Below, one piece after another: positions 1 to 6,945 of a stretch of DNA of 64,000 bases; the stretch's first letter is position 1, and each line of letters begins with the position of its first letter. The translations under genes were made by a program, and so were the position numbers. The notes under the pieces were generated by a model that saw nothing but the letters and a program-made list of their open reading frames with translations, ran no database searches and was not told the DNA's origin. The stretch comes from an uncultured virus (IMG/VR IMGVR_UViG_3300037488_001694). Its lineage: Duplodnaviria; Heunggongvirae; Uroviricota; Caudoviricetes. The DNA lies in IMG/VR virus record IMGVR_UViG_3300037488_001694, one strand, 5' to 3'.

Positions 1-33
1 CAACTAAAGCGGCAGATCATCACTGCCGTTAAT

Positions 34-105
34 GGTCCTATGGCCGAGAGATTTAGGCGCCGGTCTGCAAAACCGGTCAGATTGGTTTGATTCCAATTAG
101 GACCT
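34..105 (+). tRNA. tRNA-Cys(GCA)
   Basis: Acceptor GGTCCTA/TAGGACC, anticodon arm CCGGT-CTGCAAA-ACCGG, variant T loop TTTGATT; no encoded CCA. Confidence 0.85.
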
Positions 106-114
106 CAACAAAAT

Positions 115-188
115 GCCCTCATGGCGGAATAGGTATACGCGTGTGATTTAGGATCACAATTTTACAGGTTCGAGTCCTGTTGGGGGTA
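115..188 (+). tRNA. tRNA-Leu(TAG), short variable region
   Basis: Acceptor GCCCTCA/TGGGGGT, anticodon arm TGTGA-TTTAGGA-TCACA, T arm ACAGG-TTCGAGT-CCTGT. Confidence 0.85.
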
Positions 189-203
189 CAAATAAAGGTA
201 AAT

Positions 204-542
204 ATGTTAAGAGAATTTAAATTCTATAAAGACGAGGGGACGTGGTATGTGGATCTGCCCGAATGGGAAGGAAGTCGGGCAGATCTGGCAATGGTATCAG
301 GTGCCGATATAATGTTAGATATTGTATCTCAGGGTGAAAACGATATTAAAGTTTTATTGTCAACAGAAGATTTTGATGGATCCAATAGATTAGAATTTTT
401 AAGAGAAGCCCCTGAAGTTGGTGAAGGATCTTGGTATTTAATGAAAACATATAAGGGTATTGAATATAATTTGGAACTATGGTTATGTGATGTAACTATA
501 TTTGTATTTGGGGGATTTCCTAAAAATATTTACATATCATAA
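204..542 (+). CDS. hypothetical protein (DUF6717-like)
   Basis: Start moved to ATG 204 because the TTG start lies inside the tRNA; WYVDLPEW...LAMVSGADIMLD motif recalled from a phage/Bacteroidota family. Confidence 0.6.
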   Translation: MLREFKFYKDEGTWYVDLPEWEGSRADLAMVSGADIMLDIVSQGENDIKVLLSTEDFDGSNRLEFLREAPEVGEGSWYLMKTYKGIEYNLELWLCDVTIFVFGGFPKNIYIS

Positions 543-555
543 CATATTTATTGAT

Positions 556-1011
556 ATGAAAAAAATAGTTAGATTAACAGAATCAGATTTAATTCGTTTA
601 GTTAAACGAGTTGTTAAAGAAAATGAGGATGGATCCAAACCAGACATTTTAACTTACCTCAACGATAACTTCACACCAGACGGTGGATGGGATAATGAAA
701 AATTCCAAGATGGTTGGATGAATGGTGAACTTACCGCTTATTATGTAAATGGTAAATTAGCATTTATTTATAACACTGAATTTGATGACGATGGTGGAGA
801 GAGGGAATTTAATACATTAGTTGTTGGTCCTGAGGTATATGAAAAAATTAAGGAAATGTTTGGTAAAGGAGAATGGAAAGAAAGATTTACTAATTGGTTT
901 AAAGGAAATACTCGTTTAAACGTTGATGATGTTGAAATGGACGACTTTAAAGGTATCTTTTCTGACTATGTAGATCCTTCTTGGGCTGATGACGAAAATT
1001 GGGATTATTAA
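556..1011 (+). CDS. hypothetical acidic protein with MKKIVRLTESDL N-terminal peptide
   Basis: ATG 556 is preceded by TATTTAT (545-551). Confidence 0.75.
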   Translation: MKKIVRLTESDLIRLVKRVVKENEDGSKPDILTYLNDNFTPDGGWDNEKFQDGWMNGELTAYYVNGKLAFIYNTEFDDDGGEREFNTLVVGPEVYEKIKEMFGKGEWKERFTNWFKGNTRLNVDDVEMDDFKGIFSDYVDPSWADDENWDY

Positions 1012-1080
1012 AAATAAAATAAAAAACTTGACACTTTCAAAAAGTATCATATATTTATAACAAAACATTAAAAAACGCAA

Positions 1081-1149
1081 ATGAAAAATTTACACATATT
1101 ATTGATAGGCGCGGATTTAGCTGAGACAACCTTCAAGGAGATGGTGTAA
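1081..1149 (+). CDS. 22-aa putative leader peptide MKNLHILLIGADLAETTFKEMV
   Basis: Short ORF after TTGACA and TATTTAT motifs and an A-rich leader; its 3' end can pair with the downstream terminator stem. Confidence 0.45.
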   Translation: MKNLHILLIGADLAETTFKEMV

Positions 1150-1170
1150 ATTTTTGTATATATGAAATTT

Positions 1171-1201
1171 AAAACCCATCTCCAAAAGAGGTGGGTTTTT
1201 T
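1171..1201 (+). terminator. intrinsic terminator
   Basis: AAAACCCATCTC-CAAAA-GAGGTGGGTTTT followed by a T tract. Confidence 0.8.
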
Positions 1202-1262
1202 GATTTTATAAGTTTTTTTAAAAATATTTTACAAAGTGTTTGTCGGATTGAAAAATTCTACT

Positions 1263-1298
1263 TATCTTTGTGGAACAAAAGAAAAAGGTTCTTTGACA
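1263..1298 (+). promoter_or_regulatory. Bacteroidota-type -7 promoter element plus boxA-like element
   Basis: TATCTTTG at 1263-1270 and GTTCTTTGACA at 1288-1298, directly before the tRNA run. Confidence 0.6.
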
Positions 1299-1312
1299 TA
1301 ATGGTAAAAAAT

Positions 1313-1392
1313 GGTTCGGTGGTGAAATTGGTATACACGCTGCGTTTAAGCCGCAGTCCATACGGTTGTGGGTTCGAGTCCCACCCGGACTA
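1313..1392 (+). tRNA. tRNA-Leu(TAA)
   Basis: Acceptor GGTTCGG/CCGGACT, anticodon arm CTGCG-TTTAAGC-CGCAG, T arm GTGGG-TTCGAGT-CCCAC. Confidence 0.9.
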
Positions 1393-1401
1393 CAAATATA
1401 T

Positions 1402-1474
1402 AGCGGGATGTGGAAGATGGTTATCCGCTGGGTCTCATAAGCCTAGATCGCAGGTTCGAATCCTGCTCCCGCAA
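1402..1474 (+). tRNA. tRNA-Met(CAT), initiator-like
   Basis: Loop CTCATAA; 1:72 mismatch over a GCGGGA/TCCCGC acceptor, as in tRNA-fMet. Confidence 0.8.
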
Positions 1475-1505
1475 CTAAAGAGTAAAACTTTTTATTCTTA
1501 AAAAT

Positions 1506-1644
1506 TTGATAGTGGTTTTCCCCACTCAACGGATGTCGACAATCCAGAGTGGAATCGGAATTCAGCACCCTTTCTGCCGAGGCCTCGTAAAACTACGATT
1601 AAGCAGTTAAGATTGGAGCGAGACGGGTACTCCATCACTATCAA
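1506..1644 (+). ncRNA. unidentified structured RNA
   Basis: Closing stem TTGATAGTG/CACTATCAA; internal stems CCACTC/GAGTGG, CTGC/GCAG, TCGTA/TACGA, TGGAG/CTCCA; lies within the tRNA operon. Confidence 0.5.
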
Positions 1645-1653
1645 CAAAATTAT

Positions 1654-1734
1654 GCTGACGTACCAGTGGATGCTTATATCATCTATGCCTGTAGTGGTAA
1701 GTTTAAAACGTTGGTTCGAATCCAACCGTCAGTA
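1654..1734 (+). ncRNA. tRNA-like RNA with no canonical D arm
   Basis: Acceptor GCTGACG/CGTCAGT and perfect T arm GTTGG-TTCGAAT-CCAAC; non-canonical interior with hairpin loop CTTATAT. Confidence 0.6.
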
Positions 1735-1740
1735 CAATAA

Positions 1741-1813
1741 GCGGGAGTAGCTCAGTTGGTAGAGCTATAGCCTTCCAAGCTATAGGTCGCGAGTTCGAAT
1801 CTCGTCTCCCGCT
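1741..1813 (+). tRNA. tRNA-Gly(TCC)
   Basis: Canonical cloverleaf; anticodon arm ATAGC-CTTCCAA-GCTAT. Confidence 0.95.
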
Positions 1814-1815
1814 CT

Positions 1816-1936
1816 AAACAATTAGTCGTACAAGGGCAACGCGAATACAGATAAGGGATACTACTCCACCTAATGGAAGCGGCCGATACATCCATAGGTC
1901 TACGAAGCCGATCGTAGTTGAGCCTACTAATTGTTT
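1816..1936 (+). ncRNA. unidentified structured RNA
   Basis: 11-bp closing stem AAACAATTAGT/ACTAATTGTTT; inner hairpin CTACGA-AGCCGA-TCGTAG. Confidence 0.45.
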
Positions 1937-1941
1937 TTTAT

Positions 1942-2011
1942 GGGCCTGATGCCAACGGCAGGTCGACTGATTTGCAATCAGATCGTTTGGGTTCGATTCC
2001 CACAGTGTCCA
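1942..2011 (+). tRNA. tRNA-Ala(TGC), divergent
   Basis: Loop TTTGCAA, G3:U70 alanine identity pair, bulged acceptor stem, weak D arm. Confidence 0.65.
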
Positions 2012-2017
2012 CAATTT

Positions 2018-2089
2018 GGTCCGTTCGGCAAGGGGTTAAGCCGTCACCCTTTCACGGTGAAGTCACGGGTTCGATTCCCGTACGGACTA
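2018..2089 (+). tRNA. tRNA-Glu(TTC)
   Basis: Anticodon arm TCACC-CTTTCAC-GGTGA; canonical T arm. Confidence 0.92.
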
Positions 2090-2114
2090 CAACCCTGTCA
2101 AGGTAGAACAGGTT

Positions 2115-2198
2115 AGTCAGGAGTGTAATTAGACATCGGTGTCGATCCCTTCCGTTGAGGAAGGTTGCTCATTGTAGGTTCGAATCCTATCCTGACTA
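2115..2198 (+). ncRNA. tRNA-like RNA with aberrant D and anticodon arms
   Basis: Acceptor AGTCAGG/CCTGACT, T arm GTAGG-TTCGAAT-CCTAT; central hairpin CCTTCC-GTTGA-GGAAGG lacks a canonical anticodon loop. Confidence 0.6.
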
Positions 2199-2357
2199 CA
2201 CGTTTCGGTTCATCACCGAATAGTATGTCCAATACGATGAGAAATGAGTTGATTGCTCATATGGAACTTCTGATAGATAAAAGATCTATCCGGTTTGACT
2301 AACCGCGGGGAATATCAAAGAGAAGTAAAGAACAACGTACTCTCGTAAGTCAAAATT

Positions 2358-2432
2358 GGTCCATTGGTGTAGTGGCTAACATTCATCCCTGTCACGGATG
2401 AGCCGCGAGTTCGATTCTCGCATGGACCGCCA
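2358..2432 (+). tRNA. tRNA-Asp(GTC)
   Basis: Anticodon arm CATCC-CTGTCAC-GGATG; encoded CCA. Confidence 0.95.
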
Positions 2433-2499
2433 AAATTACCATTGTGAAACTATTGTGTTTAATAATACTTCACCTAATATTTATTAGATAAAGTATATA

Positions 2500-3849
2500 A
2501 TGGCACTAAAATCTTTAAGAATCACAAAAAAAGAACTCCAAACTTATTACACACCAAAAGTTTCTGATTATGAAATGATGGTTAATTCCATCAATTCTAA
2601 TATGGGATATGGTCAAATTATTCAAGCATATACTTCTACAGAAACTGGTGTTGAAGTAACCAACACGTATTATCATGTTTATAATGATATATATGGTGGT
2701 CCAGTTGTTATGGATAAAACTTCCGGAACAAACTCATCTGTTGCGGATGCCGGTCCTTCATTTTGGGGAGTTGGTTCAAACATAGGTATAGATTTTTTAA
2801 ATGGTGTTGCTGGTATATCAGGTCTCAGAAAATTAAAATATTGTGATGGATGTTCAGATGGTAATGGTCTTGATAAACCGGTCGTTGATAATTTTTCAAA
2901 AAGATTTAGAAAAGTAGAAGAATTAGTTTTAGGTAATAATCTTTTGGAAGGATTTCTTTTTTATGATCTTGAATTACCTAAATACTCTAATGTTTTTCCT
3001 GCAATCAAAAAAGATGATGGTGTTAATATTACTTATCAATTTAAAGATGTTAATACGGGAGCCGATTTAACGCCTGAAGATGTTGCCACAATTACGCAAA
3101 AACCAGTAATTGAAATTGAAGAATCCGTTGATACCGCCCCTATTATTAAACCACAAGAAGGTGAAAATACAGTTATTACTTCATGTTGTGATGAATCAAT
3201 TTCTTATGTGATTTCGGGGAAATACACTATAGGGGAGATTTTACAAATAGAAGGATTGACAGAATCAATTTGTTGGTTCATTGAATCATTAACTAATGAT
3301 TCACCAAATTTACCTTTTGGAACTTCAATTGTCGATAAACAAAGAAGTTGCGAGGCTTGTGTTAAATTAAATCCATGTCCCACATCTTGTGAAGATATTG
3401 ATTTATCTTATTCTGAGAATGCATTTGATGTTTGTTATATGGGTCGAAAACGCGGCACGTTCCAAGTTAATTGGAAAAGTGGTGAACTCTTTATTAATGG
3501 TGAGTGCGGTAATAAATATGCGGAAATTGGTTATTATTCTAACGGTAAAAATATTTATTATTGGGATCAAAAATCTTTTACAGAACAAGGTCCTTGTGGT
3601 GGTGGAAGTAATAATTACACCATTAGATATTGTTGTGATGAATTTGCGGAAACTGTTGATGCCGGACTTAAGGGTCTAACCCCTGGTACATTTGTTTATT
3701 TCTCGGCAGATGATAGTGACACTTATCCAGTACCTTGTTGGTATGTTGTTGGTCCATCACCTAAAAGTGTATCTATTACAGGTACATTCACGGGAGCCGT
3801 TTATGAAACTTGTAAAGATTGTACTAAACAAACTGGTAAATTTTGTTAA
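2500..3849 (+). CDS. Cys-rich hypothetical (likely virion) protein
   Basis: 449 aa; repeated CC...CW...CxxC modules in the C-terminal half; TATTTAT upstream. Confidence 0.7.
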   Translation: MALKSLRITKKELQTYYTPKVSDYEMMVNSINSNMGYGQIIQAYTSTETGVEVTNTYYHVYNDIYGGPVVMDKTSGTNSSVADAGPSFWGVGSNIGIDFLNGVAGISGLRKLKYCDGCSDGNGLDKPVVDNFSKRFRKVEELVLGNNLLEGFLFYDLELPKYSNVFPAIKKDDGVNITYQFKDVNTGADLTPEDVATITQKPVIEIEESVDTAPIIKPQEGENTVITSCCDESISYVISGKYTIGEILQIEGLTESICWFIESLTNDSPNLPFGTSIVDKQRSCEACVKLNPCPTSCEDIDLSYSENAFDVCYMGRKRGTFQVNWKSGELFINGECGNKYAEIGYYSNGKNIYYWDQKSFTEQGPCGGGSNNYTIRYCCDEFAETVDAGLKGLTPGTFVYFSADDSDTYPVPCWYVVGPSPKSVSITGTFTGAVYETCKDCTKQTGKFC

Positions 3850-3923
3850 GGTTAATTTAATTAAAACATTTGTCTAATTCAAAAATTATATCTATATTTG
3901 CATAGATAAATAAATTTACTGTT

Positions 3924-4196
3924 ATGAAAACATTTAAAGATTTAGAATTTGAACTAATTAATGATACTCCGTTTATGGTTGGTAAAAAATCCCGTATGCA
4001 TTTTGACAATGGGTTTGGTGTGTCTGTCGTATCACACACCTATTCATATGGGGGTCGTGATGGTCTTTATGAGGTTGCGGTTCTTGATAAAAATGGTGAA
4101 CTCACATATGATACTCCTGTAACAAATGACGTAATTGGTTACTTGAGGGAAAACGGAGTTACTAAAGTTATGGAAGAAGTACAGGAATTAAAATAA
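3924..4196 (+). CDS. hypothetical phage protein
   Basis: 90 aa; FDNGFGVSVV...SYGG..GLYEVAVL motif; TATATTTG promoter at 3893-3900. Confidence 0.75.
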   Translation: MKTFKDLEFELINDTPFMVGKKSRMHFDNGFGVSVVSHTYSYGGRDGLYEVAVLDKNGELTYDTPVTNDVIGYLRENGVTKVMEEVQELK

Positions 4197-4202
4197 TGGT
4201 AT

Positions 4203-4289
4203 AGTCAAGTGGCGGAATTGGTAGACGAGTCCCCCAAATATGGGATGGTAACAATAGTTATCGTGTAGGTTCGAATCCTACCTTGACTA
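4203..4289 (+). ncRNA. class II (Leu-like) tRNA-like RNA with 8-nt anticodon loop
   Basis: Acceptor AGTCAAG/CTTGACT, Leu-type D arm, long variable arm GGTAAC/GTTATC, perfect T arm; loop CCAAATAT lacks U33. Confidence 0.6.
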
Positions 4290-4294
4290 CTTTT

Positions 4295-4368
4295 GGTCTC
4301 TTAGCTCATTCGGTTAGAGCAACTGACTCATAATCAGTAGGTGGTTGGTTCGATTCCAACAGGGACCA
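4295..4368 (+). tRNA. tRNA-CAT (Ile2 or elongator Met)
   Basis: Canonical cloverleaf; ACTGA-CTCATAA-TCAGT. Confidence 0.9.
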
Positions 4369-4469
4369 CATAATAGATCTAATGCTAAAAAATAATAGAT
4401 CTACGCTAATTAACTGTTAATTGACTACACTTAAACACGTATATTTACGTTATTATATAAAAATAAGTT

Positions 4470-4559
4470 ATGGAAGGAGAAATAATTTTAGCGTTGGCAA
4501 TACCATTTTGTTTGGTTGTGTATGTGGTTTATAGTTACTTAACCCATAAAGAAAAATAA
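4470..4559 (+). CDS. 29-aa single-TM peptide
   Basis: MEGEIILALAIPFCLVVYVVYSYLTHKEK; below the ORF-track cutoff. Confidence 0.5.
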   Translation: MEGEIILALAIPFCLVVYVVYSYLTHKEK

Positions 4560-4617
4560 GAGTTTCATAATTTTTGTCGTATTTATAGATAACAATAAAC
4601 TATAAAAAACAAAAATT

Positions 4618-4791
4618 ATGAAACTAACTAAGGATCAAGTTTTGGGAATTACAAGACACGCATTGACATTTGTCGGTGGTATTTTAATCATGAAAGGTCT
4701 TGTTGATGAAGCTTTATTTACCGAGATTTCAGGTGGTGTTATGACATTAGTCGGTGCCGTTTGGTCTATCATTGCTAAAAAACAAGCTTAA
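4618..4791 (+). CDS. putative small holin (2 TM, 57 aa)
   Basis: MKLTKDQVLGITRHALTFVGGILIMKG...GAVWSIIAKKQA; two hydrophobic helices and a basic C-terminus; upstream of the lysozyme. Confidence 0.65.
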   Translation: MKLTKDQVLGITRHALTFVGGILIMKGLVDEALFTEISGGVMTLVGAVWSIIAKKQA

Positions 4792-4812
4792 TTATTAAAT
4801 AATCATTTATTT

Positions 4813-4840
4813 AAACCCACTCACAAGGTGGGTTTTTTTT
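4813..4840 (+). terminator. intrinsic terminator
   Basis: AAACCCAC-TCACAAG-GTGGGTTT followed by a T tract. Confidence 0.8.
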
Positions 4841-4864
4841 ATTTACGGAATATTTATTAGTTAT

Positions 4865-5725
4865 ATGAAAATTATTATAACAGAATCGCAGTTAAAATTA
4901 ATAACCGAAGATACTTTATCGGATGATGAAGGGTTTAAAGATCTCGTGAAAGGATGGGAAGGAAAAGTAATTGATCCTGTAACCAAAAAACATATAACAT
5001 ATGATGATGTTACAATGAAACCCGTTACATCTCCCAAACAAATTCAAGGAACCATGACGATTGGGTATGGAACCACTAGAGCTATTTATCCCCAAATGAA
5101 AGTTGGAGAACGAATTTCTGATGGTAGGGCAAATCAATTGTTGGAATTAGGGATCAAAAAAGTAGAAAATGAGGTTAGAAGATTAATACCAAAGTATGAT
5201 CAATTCCCAAGATATGTTAGAATGGCATTATTAAATGCCAAATATCGTGCAGATTTAGGTCCGGCAACAATAAAATTAATTAATCAAAACAAGTGGAGTA
5301 TTGTTTCTAAAGAATATTTAAACCACTCAAATTACAAAAATCCTGGTAAGTATCCTGGTGTTGTGAAAAGAATGAAATCAAATGCTGATGCTTTTGATAG
5401 ATATGCTAAAGAGTTAAAAGGCGTTAAAAGTCCAGTTGTTAAAAAACCTGTTGTTAAAACTTCGGAAACCGAAAAACAAAGGTGTTTGAGAATGCAACCA
5501 TTAGAGGCAGCAAAAAGACCTGAATGTGATAAGTACTTCAAAAGTAATTACCATATGAATTATGGTTATGATTTCTCAAAAGATTTTTATGTGGTTAAAT
5601 ATGGTGATACTCTTTCGGGTATTGCGGCAAAACATGGTAAAAATCTAACTGTGGATAAATTAAAAAAATTGAATAACCTTAAATCGGACACTATTAGGCC
5701 GGGACAAAAAATAAAATTGAGATAA
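4865..5725 (+). CDS. lysozyme (GH24/T4L-like) with C-terminal LysM domain
   Basis: WEG...YDD...TIGYG motif; LysM YVVKYGDTLSGIA...LKKLNNLKSDTIRPGQKIKL. Confidence 0.8.
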   Translation: MKIIITESQLKLITEDTLSDDEGFKDLVKGWEGKVIDPVTKKHITYDDVTMKPVTSPKQIQGTMTIGYGTTRAIYPQMKVGERISDGRANQLLELGIKKVENEVRRLIPKYDQFPRYVRMALLNAKYRADLGPATIKLINQNKWSIVSKEYLNHSNYKNPGKYPGVVKRMKSNADAFDRYAKELKGVKSPVVKKPVVKTSETEKQRCLRMQPLEAAKRPECDKYFKSNYHMNYGYDFSKDFYVVKYGDTLSGIAAKHGKNLTVDKLKKLNNLKSDTIRPGQKIKLR

Positions 5726-5788
5726 AAAATATAAAAACTCTATAATTTTTTATTAGATGTTTTATAATATAGTATATTTATAAATTAT

Positions 5789-6403
5789 ATGTTTGAAAAT
5801 TTAACAGGTATTGTAATTGCGTTCATCACAGGAGTTGTTGGTCCAATCCTTGTTCTTTATATCAAGAGCAAATTAGAGGGTAAAAAAGAAAAACCCGATA
5901 TGGTAAAAGAAACTCTTCGTGTAAGTGAGTTAGTGACTTCAAAAATAGAACATATAAAAGAAGAATTTGATGCCGATAGAGTTTGGGTTACTCAATTTCA
6001 CAATGGAGGTAATTTTTATCCAACAGGCAAATCAATGGCTAAATTCTCAATAATGTATGAAACGGTAAATCCTGGTGTTGGATCTGTCCAAGGAAATTTC
6101 CATAATATTCCCGTTAATTTGTTTTCAAAATCAATTAACGAATTATTAAGTAATGACGTAATTGAAATACCTGACTTTAAAGATGAAACTGTTGCAACGT
6201 ATGGTTTGAAATATATTGCGGAAGATACGGGTTGTAAATCAGGTTATTTATTTGCAATTAAATCAATTGACGATAAGTTTATTGGTACTTTAGGTTTAGA
6301 TTATACTAAACGTAAGAAAAAGTTGGATATGGAATCTATTAACCATCTCCAAGTACGCGCATCTTCTCTTGGTGGCGTATTAATGACTCACTTAGAACAA
6401 TAA
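5789..6403 (+). CDS. N-terminal TM plus GAF-like domain protein (possible T-type holin)
   Basis: Hydrophobic N-terminal helix; ADRVWVTQFHNG...FIGTLGLDY GAF-like pattern; next to the lysozyme. Confidence 0.55.
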   Translation: MFENLTGIVIAFITGVVGPILVLYIKSKLEGKKEKPDMVKETLRVSELVTSKIEHIKEEFDADRVWVTQFHNGGNFYPTGKSMAKFSIMYETVNPGVGSVQGNFHNIPVNLFSKSINELLSNDVIEIPDFKDETVATYGLKYIAEDTGCKSGYLFAIKSIDDKFIGTLGLDYTKRKKKLDMESINHLQVRASSLGGVLMTHLEQ

Positions 6404-6438
6404 TTTGGTAATTAGAAAAATATTTATATCTTTGTGGT

Positions 6439-6945
6439 ATGAATATATTTTTTTTAGATTACGACACGAAGAAATGTGCTGAATATCATTGTGATAAGCA
6501 CGTAGTAAAAATGATCCTTGAGACGGCTCAACTTTTATGTGGGGTTCATCATTTGACCCCCCAAGTCACCCCCCAAGTCACCCCCCAAGTCCCGTACAAA
6601 TTATCACATAAAAATCACCCATGTGCTATATGGACTCGTGAGAGTTTATCTAACTATTTATACCTCTGTGATCTTGGTTTAGAGTTATGTAAGGAATATA
6701 CCTATCGTTATGGTAAGCGTCATAAATCACAGGATGTAATTGAGTGGTGTTTATGTAATAAACCTATGATCGTTGATCTTGGTTTTACTACACCTCCTAT
6801 GGCAATGCCTGACGAATATAAGGTTATGGATGTCGTCCAATCTTACAGAAATTACTATATGGGAGCAAAAAAATCCTTCGCAGTTTGGAAAAATAGAGAA
6901 GTTCCTGAGTGGTTTTCAAATAATGAAGTATTTATGGAAATATGA
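6439..6945 (+). CDS. pyrimidine-dimer DNA glycosylase / endonuclease V-like protein
   Basis: MNIFFLD...HCDKHVVKMILETAQLL...HKNHPCAIW signature. Confidence 0.75.
   Translation: MNIFFLDYDTKKCAEYHCDKHVVKMILETAQLLCGVHHLTPQVTPQVTPQVPYKLSHKNHPCAIWTRESLSNYLYLCDLGLELCKEYTYRYGKRHKSQDVIEWCLCNKPMIVDLGFTTPPMAMPDEYKVMDVVQSYRNYYMGAKKSFAVWKNREVPEWFSNNEVFMEI
6556..6593 (+). repeat. 12-nt tandem repeat x3 encoding TPQV
   Basis: (ACCCCCCAAGTC)3 in frame. Confidence 0.85.

Noticed and set aside
10..30. CGGCAG/CTGCCG hairpin as a tRNA-associated HDV-like (theta) ribozyme
   Set aside because: Only a simple hairpin; no room for the nested double pseudoknot before tRNA-Cys
1268..2116. Short ORFs at 1268-1501, 1498-1725, 1814-2014, 1918-2106 and 1931-2116
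   Set aside because: They overlap clear tRNAs or structured RNAs and have non-protein-like composition
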